Shown: positions 37,559-51,186, counted from the whole stretch's first letter. The stretch is 61,307 nucleotides of DNA, filler included, from Asterionella formosa (GCA_002256025.1; 18 parts of 18 records of this genome joined end to end with filler, not necessarily neighbours in it), one strand, 5' to 3'. Notes: generated by a model from the sequence alone, not told the origin. A program made the numbers and translations.

Positions 37559-40500
37559 GCTGGAAGGTCGGACTCCTATAGAGCAGATCACAGGCGCGAC
37601 ACCCAACATATCCGAATACTTGGATTTCGGGTTCTACGATTGGGTGTGGTACAAGGATAATGCAGGGGTTGGCGAAAACATGTTCGGGCGCTGGCTTGGT
37701 GTGTCTCACCGAGTCGGTAACCTAATGTCGTATTGGATTCTAACCATTGCTTGTCGCGTTATCTCACGCACTACAGTGCAGCGCATCACTCACCTTGAAC
37801 TGACAACTAGCGAGGTCAACGACAGATGCAAGGAGTACAATGAGAGGATAAAGGAAATAATGCGTGAAGACAACCACCAAAATGCAGGCGACAAGGAGGA
37901 GCGACAATTGCAGGATTGGGATGAATACTCGGATCTGCAGGACAACTCAGTATTCGGCGAAGAGATAAACAATGTTGTTTAATCACCAAATACCAGATGC
38001 CGATGACACTTTCACGCCCGATATTTTCGAGGATACATACCTCAACAAAGAGATAGCGATAGCGATAGCGAGGGGCGCTGGAGATGACAACGACGGTGTT
38101 CAATTTGGCAGAGTCACCAAGAGATTGCGCGACGCCGATGGTAGACCTATCGGCAAGGCTCACGAAAATCCTTTGCTTGACACCAGAGAGTATGAGGTCG
38201 AGTTCCTTGACGGACACTCAGAGGCATTGTCCTCTGACCTTATTGCTCAGAATTTGTTTTCACAGATAGACGAGGAGGGCGAACGACACGTACTTCTCGA
38301 CGACATTATCGATCATAGGCGGAATGCGACGGCACTTGACAAAGAGGACGCGTTCATCACAATGTCTACCGGTGTCAAGCGGCGGAGACAGACGACTCAA
38401 GGGTGGCAACTCCTGTGCTAATGGAGGGATGAGAGTACCACTTGGGTTGCACTTAAGGATATGAAGCAATCGTACCCCATACAGGTGGCGGAGTACTCAA
38501 TTGCTAATCGTATTGATGACGAGGCGGCGTTTGCATGGTGGGTGCCGACTCTTCTAAAGAAACAGGACCGAGTCCTAGCGAAGGTAAAGTCTAAGTATTG
38601 GCAGCGAACTCACAAATACGGTATACGGATACCGAAGTCCGTCGAAGAGGCGTTAGCGATTGATAAAGCCAATGGCAACACATTATGGTGGGACGCCATC
38701 TGCAAGGAAATGAAAAACGTGCGACCGGCATTTGAAAAGTGGGAAAAGCGAGAGGGAGACCTTCCGCCAGGGTACCAAAAGATAAGGTGTCATTTCGTGT
38801 TCGACATCAAAATGGGCGAAAACTTTCGGCGTAAGGCGAGACTAGTTGCTGACGGCAGCCGGACGGAAACGCCCGCAGCCCTGACGTATTCGTCAGTTGT
38901 GTCGAGGGACTCAGTGCGCATTGCCTTATTGGTTGCTTCATTGAACGACTTACAACTTCTTGCTTGCGATATTCAAAACGCTTATCTAACCGCAGATTGC
39001 AGAGAGAAAATTTACATAATTGCAGGGCCGGAATTTGGGTCGGAAGCGGGAGCTACCATGGTGGTGAAGAAAGCGCTGTATGGGCTCAAATCTAGCGGTG
39101 CGGCATTCAGAGCGCATCTCGCATAAACCCTCCATGATTTGGGTTACTTGCCCACGAAAGGGGACCCTGATGTATGGATTCGACCGGCGGTAAAACAGGA
39201 TGGTTTTGAGTATCACGAAATGATTCTTGTATATGTTGATGACATTCTTTGCATTTCAGCGCAGCCTTTAGCGAGGATACAGTCGACCTTCAAATGGAAG
39301 GACGATAAAGTCGAGAAGCCGGAAAATTACCTGGGAGCCCAGGTAATGCAGAAAATAGTCGGCGGAGTTGAATGTTGGGCCATGACTTCTGAGCAGTATG
39401 TCAAGGCGGCCATCGCCAACGTAGAGCTCAAACTCGACGAGTCGGGTTAGCGGCTTCCAACGAGGTGCACTACCCCATTGCAGGGGAATTATAGACCGGA
39501 GCTGGATACTTCTGCCAAACTCAAGATTGAAGGCGTGAGATACTACCAGGAATTGATCGGCGTGCTCCGCTGGGCAGTGGAGCTTGGACGAATAGACATT
39601 GCTATGGAAGTTTCTATGTTATCTACTCACCTAGCGTTGCCGAGGAGCGGACACTTACAACAGGTATATCACATGTTCGGATATTTGAAAGCGAAACCCA
39701 AGAGGACATTGATCTTTGATCCGATACAACCCAATATAAACGAGTCCAGGTTTGTTAAATGCGATTGGCACGACTTTTACAGGGGAGCGCAGGAGTCTAT
39801 TCCAGGGGACGCACCCAAGCCCAGAGGTAATGTTGTAACTACTCACTGTTTTGTGAATGCGGATCATGCGGGGAATCGGGTGACGAGGCGCTCGCAGACC
39901 GGGATACTGATTTTTGTGAATCGGGCTCCAATTATATGGTACAGTAAGCGACAGAACACTGTCGAGACATCGACATTTGGTAGCGAATTTGTGGCTTTGA
40001 AGATCTCGGTCGAACTGATCGAGGCATTGAGGTATAAGCTGAGAATGTTTGGAATCCCAATCGATGGACCAACTAACGTTTTCTGCGACAACGAGGCGGT
40101 GACGAAGAACACGATTCATCCAGAATCGACTTTGAAAAAGAAACATAATGCGATAGTGTATCACAGAGCGAGAGAAGCTGTGGCGGCAGGGATGATTCGG
40201 GTAACGAAGGAAGATAGAAAGACTAATTTGGCTGATGTGCTGACGAAGCCATTACCCCAAATTACACGAGAGTATTTGTGCGACAAGTTCATGTATTGAT
40301 GGCTGTTGGATCACAGTGGGTCGAAGATTGAAGCCAAGGTTCATCGCGATGTCACAACCTATGACACCAGTTACCTCCTGGGCATGCAATGACGTGTGGC
40401 ACCGAATCCAGGTCAATGTTTAGTGATATATTTGTTTGGTTTCACCTCCCATGTATTCGAGGGGACTGAACGAATATTGCAGTGCAGTATGGGCGCGTGG

Positions 40501-40867
40501 GTGAGCGTACCGTGTCATACAGTTCAGGGTACTAACTAGCCGTTAGAGTGCTTTCGCGATAGTACAGCGTGCAAGCTTGGAGCAGAGAATGCGGAGTAGG
40601 TATATGTATCTTTAAGTCTATCTTTTCAACCTTTATCTTTCTTTCCTTGTGCACCATGTAAGTTGTTCTGCTGACCACACTAGCGTATTTATTCGAGTAC
40701 ACTGTACCATATGACATGGTACGAGCACCCATGCGCCCACACTGCACTGCAATATTCGTTCAGTCCCCTCGAATACATGGGAGGTGAAACCAAACAAATA
40801 TATCACTAAACATTGACCTGGATTCGGTGCCACACGTCATTGCATGCCCAGGAGGTAACTGGTGTCA
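37559..40867 (+). mobile_element. CoDi-type Copia 3' half with inverted 3' end, copy 3
   Basis: Differs from copy 2 by only a few SNPs (GRW vs GCW, IQVA vs IQGA). Arms at 40362-40519 and 40710-40867. Confidence 0.95.
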
Positions 40868-40967
40868 NNNNNNNNNNNNNNNNNNNNNNNNNNNNNNNNN
40901 NNNNNNNNNNNTTAATTAATTAANNNNNNNNNNNNNNNNNNNNNNNNNNNNNNNNNNNNNNNNNNNN

Positions 40968-43900
40968 TGACACCAGTTACCTCCTGGGCATGCAATGACG
41001 TGTGGCACCGAATCCAGGTCAATGTTTAGTGATATATTTGTTTGGTTTCACCTCCCATGTATTCGAGGGGACTGAACGAATATTGCAGTGCAGTGTGGGC
41101 GCATGGGTGCTCGTACCATGTCATATGGTACAGTGTACTCGAATAAATACGCTAGTGTGGTCAGCAGAACAACTTACATGGTGCACAAGGAAAGAAAGAT
41201 AAAGGTTGAAAAGATAGACTTAAAGATACATATACCTACTCCGCATTCTCTGCTCCAAGCTTGCACGCTGTACTATCGCGAAAGCACTCTAACGGCTAGT
41301 TAGTACCCTGAACTGTATGACACGGTACGCTCACCCACGCGCCCATACTGCACTGCAATATTCGTTCAGTCCCCTCGAATACATGGGAGGTGAAACCAAA
41401 CAAATATATCACTAAACATTGACCTGGATTCGGTGCCACACGTCATTGCATGCCCAGGAGGTAACTGGTGTCATAGGTTGTGACATCGCGATGAACCTTG
41501 GCTTCAATCTTCGACCCACTGTGATCCAACAGCCATCAATACATGAACTTGTCGCACAAATACTCTCGTGTAATTTGGGGTAATGGCTTCGTCAGCACAT
41601 CAGCCAAATTAGTCTTTCTATCTTCCTTCGTTACCCGAATCATCCCTGCCGCCACAGCTTCTCTCGCTCTGTGATACACTATCGCATTATGTTTCTTTTT
41701 CAAAGTCGATTCTGGATGAATCGTGTTCTTCGTCACCGCCTCGTTGTCGCAGAAAACGTTAGTTGGTCCATCGATTGGGATTCCAAACATTCTCAGCTTA
41801 TACCTCAATGCCTCGATCAGTTCGACCGAGATCTTCAAAGCCACAAATTCGCTACCAAATGTCGATGTCTCGACAGTGTTCTGTCGCTTACTGTACCATA
41901 TAATTGGAGCCCGATTCACAAAAATCAGTATCCCGGTCTGCGAGCGCCTCGTCACCCGATTCCCCGCATGATCCGCATTCACAAAACAGTGAGTAGTTAC
42001 AACATTACCTCTGGGCTTGGGTGCGTCCCCTGGAATAGACTCCTGCGCTCCCCTGTAAAAGTCGTGCCAATCGCATTTAACAAACCTGGACTCGTTTATA
42101 TTGGGTTGTATCGGATCAAAGATCAATGTCCTCTTGGGTTTCGCTTTCAAATATCCGAACATGTGATATACCTGTTGTAAGTGTCCGCTCCTCGGCAACG
42201 CTAGGTGAGTAGATAACATAGAAACTTCCATAGCAATGTCTATTCGTCCAAGCTCCACTGCCCAGCGGAGCACGCCGATCAATTCCTGGTAGTATCTCAC
42301 GCCTTCAATCTTGAGTTTGGCAGAAGTATCCAGCTCCGGTCTATAATTCCCCTGCAATGGGGTAGTGCACCTCGTTGGAAGCCGCTAACCCGACTCGTCG
42401 AGTTTGAGCTCTACGTTGGCGATGGCCGCCTTGACATACTGCTCAGAAGTCATGGCCCAACATTCAACTCCGCCGACTATTTTCTGCATTACCTGGGCTC
42501 CCAGGTAATTTTCCGGCTTCTCGACTTTATCGTCCTTCCATTTGAAGGTCGACTGTATCCTCGCTAAAGGCTGCGCTGAAATGCAAAGAATGTCATCAAC
42601 ATATACAAGAATCATTTCGTGATACTCAAAACCATCCTGTTTTACCGCCGGTCGAATCCATACATCAGGGTCCCCTTTCGTGGGCAAGTAACCCAAATCA
42701 TGGAGGGTTTATGCGAGATGCGCTCTGAATGCCGCACCGCTAGATTTGAGCCCATACAGCGCTTTCTTCACCACCATGGTAGCTCCCGCTTCCGACCCAA
42801 ATTCCGGCCCTGCAATTATGTAAATTTTCTCTCTGCAATCTGCGGTTAGATAAGCGTTTTGAATATCGCAAGCAAGAAGTTGTAAGTCGTTCAATGAAGC
42901 AACCAATAAGGCAATGCGCACTGAGTCCCTCGACACAACTGACGAATACGTCAGGGCTGCGGGCGTTTCCGTCCGGCTGCCGTCAGCAACTAGTCTCGCC
43001 TTACGCCGAAAGTTTTCGCCCATTTTGATGTCGAACACGAAATGACACCTTATCTTTTGGTACCCTGGCGGAAGGTCTCCCTCTCGCTTTTCCCACTTTT
43101 CAAATGCCGGTCGCACGTTTTTCATTTCCTTGCAGATGGCGTCCCACCATAATGTGTTGCCATTGGCTTTATCAATCGCTAACGCCTCTTCGACGGACTT
43201 CGGTATCCGTATACCGTATTTGTGAGTTCGCTGCCAATACTTAGACTTTACCTTCGCTAGGACTCGGTCCTGTTTCTTTAGAAGAGTCGGCACCCACCAT
43301 GCAAACGCCGCCTCGTCATCAATACGATTAGCAATTGAGTACTCCGCCACCTGTATGGGGTACGATTGCTTCATATCCTTAAGTGCAACCCAAGTGGTAC
43401 TCTCATCCCTCCATTAGCACAGGAGTTGCCACCCTTGAGTCGTCTGTCTCCGCCGCTTGACACCGGTAGACATTGTGATGAACGCGTCCTCTTTGTCAAG
43501 TGCCGTCGCATTCCGCCTATGATCGATAATGTCGTCGAGAAGTACGTGTCGTTCGCCCTCCTCGTCTATCTGTGAAAACAAATTCTGAGCAATAAGGTCA
43601 GAGGACAATGCCTCTGAGTGTCCATCAAAGAACTCGACCTCATACTCTCTGGTGTCAAGCAAAGGATTTTCGTGAGCCTTGCCGATAGGTCTACCATCGG
43701 CGTCGCGCAATCTCTTGGTGACTCTGCCAAATTGAACACCGTCGTTGTCATCTCCAGCGCCCCTCGCTATCGCTATCTCTTTGTTGAGGTATGTATCCTC
43801 GAAAATATCGGGCGTGAAAGTGTCATCGGCATCTGGTATTTGGTGATTAAACAACATTGTTTATCTCTTCGCCGAATACTGAGTTGTCCTGCAGATCCGA

Positions 43901-44270
43901 GTATTCATCCCAATCCTGCAATTGTCGCTCCTCCTCGTCGCCTGCATTTTGGTGGTTGTCTTCACGCATTATTTCCTTTATCCTCTCATTGTACTCCTTG
44001 CATCTGTCGTTGACCTCGCTAGTTGTCAGTTCAAGGTGAGTGATACGCTGCACTGTAGTGCGTGAGATAACGCGACAAGCAATGGTTAGAATCCAATACG
44101 ACATTAGGTTACCGACTCGGTGAGACACAACAAGCCAGCGCTTGAACATGTTTTCGCCAACCCCTGCATTATCCTTGTACCACACCCAATCGTAGAACCC
44201 GAAATCCAAGTATTCGGATATGTTGGGTGTCGCGCCTGTGATCTGCTCTATAGGAGTCCGACCTTCCAGC
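40968..44270 (-). mobile_element. CoDi-type Copia 3' half with inverted 3' end, copy 4
   Basis: Carries the 2-bp frameshift, lacks one 6-bp unit (IAIARG) and shares KRWLVV with copy 1. Arms at 40968-41125 and 41316-41473. Confidence 0.95.
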
Positions 44271-44370
44271 NNNNNNNNNNNNNNNNNNNNNNNNNNNNNN
44301 NNNNNNNNNNNNNNTTAATTAATTAANNNNNNNNNNNNNNNNNNNNNNNNNNNNNNNNNNNNNNNNNNNN

Positions 44371-45755
44371 ACGATCTCCTGTCCGCAATGGAGGGCTGTC
44401 GTGTCATCGCCGGTACCACGGGTGGTGATCTTCGCGTCTGGTCTGTAAAGGACGTCTACGCAGCGACGGTGGTTGCCAGAAAAGGAAGCGAAGCTTTATC
44501 AAGTGTCGTAGATGTCATCAATCCACTCAATGAGATGAGAATCTCCCATGTAAAAGACAGTTCGACATCAAGCTACATCTCACGAACAAATCGGGGTATT
44601 ACAGAAATTGCTGCAGGTAGCGCCTTCAGTCGACTAAAGTTTTCGCTTCGTGGCCGCGCATTGTCTGGTCACCGTGGCGGTGTCACTTGCATTGATGTCC
44701 CCTCTCATATATACCGACCCGACGCCCTCGTTACCGGGGGAGCCGATGGTTTCATCAAATTGTGGTCTCTTCGAACCCCAACAGGAAGGAGGACAAGCGG
44801 CGAGTTGCTTTCGGGAGGATCTAGTACTCCTTTATTCAATACTTCTGGTCTGGCCGGTGGTGCAACTGGGAGTAGTTCCGATCCAATGGGTAGCAACGGA
44901 AGGAAGAGCGGCAGAGGGGGGGATGCTCTCAGCATTCTCTCTGGTCACACTGGACGAGTGCTTTGTGTGAAGACAGCTTGGCATGGCGATCGTCTTCTCA
45001 GTGGTGGAGCAGATCGTACAGTTCGTATTTGGGACCTTGCTGGTCCTGGCGGAGGGGGTAAATGTCTACATGCACTTACTGGACACCTTGGTTGGGTTAC
45101 CCATACCCACTATTGGGGACCCAACACTATTGTGTCAGCATCGACTGACCGCGCTATAGCATTGTGGGATGCCCGCGTTAGGATATCCCCTCTCTTTGTT
45201 CTTCGATACCATCAGTCGCCCATCTCTGATCTCCTTGTTGGCTCAAGAACTGATCCATTGATGGTTAGTGCGGCGGCTGACGGGACCGTCGCTACGTGGG
45301 ACTTCCGAATGCTATCTGGTGGTGATACTGAAAACGGAAGCTCATCTGGTGTAAAACTTGGAAAAATGTCTGGCAAGAAAGATTCGAAACTTGAGGAGAA
45401 GCATTGCAAATCGATTCGTGATCCTCCTGCTACCATGTTGCATGCATCCCGCGGCAGTTCAAGCAAGCAAGCGGGTGCCGTCCTCTTGTCAAGGGGAGCG
45501 GGCAAGGTTCGAAGGACAGTTATTACTGTGGGCAGCGACGCAGTTGCTAGAGAGTGGGATATTTCGACTGGTGAAAGTATTCGCGAAGAAAGCACGGGTC
45601 ATTGTGATGTTGTTTCTAGTCTGCTCACCTTTTCGGATGGAACAATGGGTGCATCTTCTGGAGTGGAGCCTAGCGATGTTAATTTAAACTTTGGTGGGAC
45701 CATATCGAGTTCCTGGGATGGAACAATCCGGATGAAGAAACTAGTGCGACGTTGA
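44371..45755 (+). CDS. WD40-repeat protein, 5' partial
   Basis: Several GH...WD/WS repeats, such as LSGHRGGVTC...DGFIKLWS and LSGHTGRVLC...DRTVRIWD. Confidence 0.9.
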
Positions 45756-47105
45756 AGAGAACCTAGTTATCTGATGAATATTAAAAACTGTTGATTTCAT
45801 TCAACCATTGAGAAGGATGTCGCCGACTAAACATTTAATTGAATGTAACATACCAGAGTGGCCTAAAATATTCCACACATATAGTTTGAGAATGAAGCGA
45901 AATATATGCCATTCCTTTCGAAATTTCATGTGAAATGGGATTATTCTAGCTTTTAGATATTACATTGACTCCCAATTGTTGGCAGTAAAAAAAATGATGT
46001 GATGGGTTCGATTGAGTTTTTCTACATGCATTTTTTGTCTCACTTGCTTGTTTTAACTTGGAAAATGTGTAATGCACAAATATATTCAAGTATATTATTC
46101 GAATAGCAATTCAGATAGAAATCAAATTCGGTTTGGGCCTGCTAAGATTTAACGACAATTTGATTTCCATTGAATAGTATAAAACCACAAATACACTGTT
46201 TTGATTTGCTAGATAATTCGATCATCATGACAAAGACTACTAATTCAAATGGAAAGCAAAAGTAGCTTTGAATCCGCTGACAGTTCAAGTCGAAAAATAT
46301 GATGATTTGCATTGACTTGCATGAACAAGGATCGGCGTTATGTTATGAGTTGTTGGATAATGTTTATCTCAACAATGAAGCAGAAGAATTTAAAAGAAAG
46401 AAGAGCGAACATTGATTTGGGTTTCGCCGACAGATTATGAAAAAATTAATTTTATATGAGTCGAGTTTTGCTCGATTAACTATTGCCATGACGAAGAGTA
46501 ATAATAATTCACATGGAGAGTGAAATTCGATTAGGATCCCTGAGCATTCAAGAAGAAACTGAAAACAAAGCAACAGTTCAGTCAGGGTTGTGTTGACTAG
46601 TTCAAAAAGTGCATAAATATTGTTTTGATGCGAAATAATCTATAATAAGTATATGATGAAGACTACAAATTCATAGTAGTATATGGAAAGCGAAAACCGA
46701 TTTGGATCCGCTAAGATTTGAATACTATTTGCATCAACTAGATCGAAAACTACTTCGTAGTGTGGGATAATCCAAGATCATATTATACAGGCTGATAAAT
46801 CATATTGAAAGCGAGACTTGGTGTCCGTCTGCTGAGAGTTCAAGTCAGTGAAACAATTCTTTTTATTCAAAATGATGAGTTGCATTTCAGTGTTACCGGA
46901 CACTTTGACATTTACGTAGGTCAGATGTGAACAGGCTACATACAATATATTCAACACACGAGTGTACCGCGGGGCGGAATCCAGAATCCGTTCATATGCC
47001 ATACTTGATGTCGAAATCAACAGTACGACATCATAAATAATATTGTTTATTTTTTATTTCTATCATATACATATATATATTATATATATATATATTCCGG
47101 TATTG

Positions 47106-47678
47106 TGTTCAAGGAGCATGGTGATACATGTCAAGAATATAGCATCAATGGCTATAATGAGTCACAAGGACTGTGGACTCGACTATAGTCCAATGAGTCA
47201 AATGGTGCGTTCCCATGTCAAGAAGCTTGCTAACGAGATTGATGTCTTAGATCAATCAGAAGAAGGTTTACATCAACGAAAAGGGAACACGAAGAACAGG
47301 TTCTCGAAGTGTGATGAATGGGATTGAAACTTAGTTTTAGTTTAATCTTATAATTAAGAAACAGTGAGAATTGACAGAGTAAGGTCAATAGCGAAAACTA
47401 GCACGAAGGCTAGCAGCAGAAAGAAGATAACAATACTAGTGGTATAACAGGTAAGTTCTACGTAAGAGGAACCCGTCAGACGGGAAGGAGTACGAGACCT
47501 TTCAACACGCTTTAAAGCGTTCACTTTAAGGCCACAGGCTACTCAGGAACCATGGGAAGTGACGAAGACACGTCAGTGAGGTTGCCGACATTCGATGGGC
47601 AAGATGCTAAATGGCACATGTGGAAAGCGAAGTTTCTCGCATACGCGTGCTACAAGAACTTTCAAGGAATACTTAACG
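47106..47678 (+). mobile_element. Copia 5' LTR and gag N-terminus
   Basis: Candidate LTR TGTT (47106) to AACA (47449), next to an (AT)n tract. The ORF from 47552, LPTFDGQDAKWHMWKAKFLAYA, is typical of a Copia gag start. Confidence 0.7.
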
Positions 47679-47778
47679 NNNNNNNNNNNNNNNNNNNNNN
47701 NNNNNNNNNNNNNNNNNNNNNNTTAATTAATTAANNNNNNNNNNNNNNNNNNNNNNNNNNNNNNNNNNNNNNNNNNNN

Positions 47779-48070
47779 CTCAACGCTCCTCTGAAATTCT
47801 CGTTACCCATCTCCCGGGCACCTCTAACGTCGCCGACCTGTTCACCAAAGAACACAAAGACGATGCTCACTTCCTCCGCCTCCGCAACATTGTTGTCCCG
47901 CCCCGAGGGAACTTCCACACTTAAGGGGGGTGTTAGTACTGCATACCAGTTACTTCAGTGTACTCTACTAATATCCACGTAAGTGTGCAGATCCCGGTAT
48001 ATCCGATACACAACAGAAATAGATAATCTAATTAAACCCTCAGTTACTTGTAATTACGTTGTCCTCAACC
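47779..48070 (+). mobile_element. Copia RNase H end with PPT and 3' LTR
   Basis: ILVTHLPGTSNVADLFTKEHKDDAHFLRLRN, a stop, AAGGGGGG, then TGTTAG at 47931. The right end is uncertain. Confidence 0.8.
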
Positions 48071-49239
48071 CGATTGCACGAACTCGTCACCCATCTCTCC
48101 TCCACACATGTAACTGTAGCACACAGTATGACTAATCCTATTTGTACCGGTATATGTAAAAGGACATTGCTGCGTTCTCCGTGGTTCATTTTTCCTTCGA
48201 CGTGTCCATGGTTGCTTTGTTTCGGTCGTGATTTCGTTACTCCAGATTTGGAACGTTGCAGTTTTTCGTGCTGATGTACTGATCATATGACACAGGGCGA
48301 CACCCTGTGTGATACCAATACTTTGCTATCCCCTGATACGGGCTTGAACCACCGTGAAAGCTCCATGCCGTGAATGTGGACACAAAATATTGGTAAGTAC
48401 GAATTTTATCTCACTTTGGTATCGGCCTTTCTCTTTTCGTTTACTCGTTGTTGTTGTTGTTGTTCTTTTGGTTCTTGTGGTTGTTGCTGCTGCGCTGCCA
48501 GTCAACCCATAGTTTGTGGTCTGCTGAGCTCGGATCATAGAATATGATGTGTAATGTTACTGGGAGTACTGGCAGCATCACCATTGGAATGGCAAGGCAG
48601 CGATATCCATTGCTGCCAAAACATCAACGATTTCAATATATAAATAGTGGCTAGTAAAAGTACTACTACTTATTTGATTCCTTAGCTCTATTTCTTACTA
48701 AACTAAAACAGGTAGTATTTGATTGGATATACTACTACCATGAAGAATCCACAAACATGGACTATAGGTCAGCACACAGTGACTGACTAATAGTCTTCGT
48801 CCTCTTCCATATCGTTGCCATCCGCAATCGTCTCGACTTGCAAAAGACTGCGCTTCAACTTCTTGCCACACCTGCATGTGCATTTGAATTCGCAAATGCA
48901 ACTTTTATCCTATTGGTCTGGTCATTGCTTGTTGTTGTTGTTGCTGCGTTTGTTGTCTTTGTTGATATTTTTGATCCATTCCTGGTGCTACTTTGTTGGG
49001 TGGGGGTGAGTTCACTCCTCCCTGGTTCTGGTAGCTTGACTGGTGAAAATAGTTTTGTGGCTTGATGGAGGAGCTGCTATCAAAGTCAAATGTTTGTCGG
49101 ATTGGGGACACAAAAGATCGCACCGCCAAGGCAGTCATTTTGACATGATCCTTCGGATAGTACTGCAACATTGTTCCATTGACAGTGTAAGTTTCATGAA
49201 GTATCATCGGCTTCATCATGGCATCCGGCCATGAGTAGT

Positions 49240-49672
49240 TCACAACCACTTCCCTGCCACCTGGCGATATCTTGGAATATTTTCCAGTAATTTTCGCTCC
49301 TCGAATTCTGAATTAGAAATAGCAGAGCTAAAATAATTTCGTAATAACAAATCAGTTTTCGATGAATTTTCCGGTGAGCAGGAAGTACATCGGCAAAATT
49401 TGTTACCACTTGTTGTGTGTCCTCTGCCACTTTCTACTTCCGCTCTTGTGCTTGTCCGCCATTGCAAGCCCACTTGACCAGGCCTTGTTGTCAAATCTGC
49501 TAGCACATATTCCTTGTATAGATGCGAATGATACTGTTGCACCATGCGGTCTTGCCATTTGTCTATCTGATCTTTCTCGGGTAAGAAAGTGTAGTGTCTC
49601 TCTAATTCGGCTCTGTCCGTGTTGGACACAATGTGCTTGACTTTACGAGTCTTCTATCAATCTCGTTCCCAT
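49240..49672 (-). pseudogene. FRA10AC1: FRA10AC1-like fragment, disrupted and 3'-truncated
   Basis: WQDRMVQQYHSHLYKEYVLADL...GLQWRT...EVESGRG...GNKFC. The nearest upstream ATG (49672) is out of frame, and the conserved C-terminal part is not seen. Confidence 0.7.
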
Positions 49673-49787
49673 ATTTATCACTTGCATCGACGACAATTAC
49701 TCTTCTTTGATCTGCAATTCCGGCAACAACATCTCGATTGACCAGACCAGACCAGACCTGCTCTTCCCTTTCATGCATACCTAGCAC

Positions 49788-50357
49788 ATGTACTACACCT
49801 TTCAACGAATTAACAAACCTGTATTTGACTACTGCGTCAGACAGAAAATTGTAGACAGTGCCTTAATGGCCAAGTGGAAGAAACCAGGATACGAACGACT
49901 GTGCTCGACATTTGTGATCAATCCAACCAACTATAAGTTTGGCACTACCAGCCTGTGTCGTGTCCCATGGAAGGATCGATCGGAAGAACAAAAAGAAGCA
50001 CGGGACCCAACAACTGGTTGCCGAGGATGTGCCTCTGGGAAAGGGGCGGGGCCACGAAACATTTTCGGTAACAAGTATGGCCAGCACTTGGCTGCTGTGC
50101 AAGTTGCGAGGGAGGCGAGAATGGAAGAAATCATGGCCAAAGCCGCGAAATCTGGAGAGCAACCGGACGATGGAAGCGAAGAAACAGACGAAGGTGGAGA
50201 TGAAGAGACAGACGACGAAGAAGAAGATTATGGACCAACACCAGCTGCCGGAGTATGGGCCGGATCCAAAAAGTTGGAGCATGAGGCAGATGCCGCTTTC
50301 GACGACGGGGACATGGAGGACGGAGGTCCTCAGCGAAAGAAGAAGCGAACTGATTGA
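49788..50357 (+). CDS. BUD31: Divergent BUD31/G10-family protein, C-terminal part with an acidic tail and NLS
   Basis: LMAKWKKPGYERLC, FGTTSLCRVP and GCRGCAS. The N-terminal half is absent; a possible splice acceptor (CCTAG) lies just upstream. Confidence 0.72.
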   Translation: MYYTFQRINKPVFDYCVRQKIVDSALMAKWKKPGYERLCSTFVINPTNYKFGTTSLCRVPWKDRSEEQKEARDPTTGCRGCASGKGAGPRNIFGNKYGQHLAAVQVAREARMEEIMAKAAKSGEQPDDGSEETDEGGDEETDDEEEDYGPTPAAGVWAGSKKLEHEADAAFDDGDMEDGGPQRKKKRTD

Positions 50358-51186
50358 AGGTTTTCGAGTTCTATTAGGTTTTTTCTTTCGAGTAAAATAT
50401 AAAGCTACATACATTCTTGCACTTTTACAGAGTTCATGGCTGATGGTGATGATTTAAAATTTAGTCCATCGTCGGCAGGCTTGATATCACAAAACCTAGA
50501 TAGCAGCATTCTCGTACCTTGCTATCGATTGATAAATGGTGCGAATACATGCAGGAGTGTAAAATGCAGCACGGACCCACAAACTTCACTCCGTTTCATT
50601 TGTTCAGAACTCAAGCTAGCGAATTTGGCCAAAAACACTGCTATATATGGATCAAGATTCCCACGTACATTGTGCTTTGAATACTAGTATCCATATGACA
50701 TCAGTGGCTGTGTTAACGATCACAATGGTACACCATCTCTGGTCTGCTAGTAAATGGAAAAACCTGCGACAAATGGATTAAGCAACGGAACATAAAATCC
50801 TTTTGTCAAGATAGTTGGACTGAAGGAATTGTGTGAAACCAAGTTCGGTCACTACTCAAATTTAATTTTCAGCTGCGTCGAACTTCAAGTTGAACTGTTG
50901 TTGGCGGAAGAATGACAGAGCTACATTTGCAAATTAACAAGACAGATTCAATAACTTCGATGTATTCTTCTACGCAATCACACTCAACATCCACTCATAC
51001 TTGATTTACACCGATACCCCACGTTCGGCTCCATAGGCCCCTGCACTCATCCACCACATGTAAAATTCTTCATAACCAACCTTTTCNNNNNNNNNNNNNN
51101 NNNNNNNNNNNNNNNNNNNNNNNNNNNNNNTTAATTAATTAANNNNNNNNNNNNNNNNNNNNNNNNNNNNNNNNNNNNNNNNNNNN

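Noticed and set aside
37559..44270. Apparent giant inverted repeat formed by copies 3 and 4, and apparent tandem array of copies 2 and 3
   Set aside because: The copies are separate contigs whose order and orientation across linkers are arbitrary. Only the within-contig inverted repeat counts as evidence.
47106..48070. A single tiny LTR element spanning gag start to RNase H end
   Set aside because: The two halves lie on different contigs and their LTR sequences differ.
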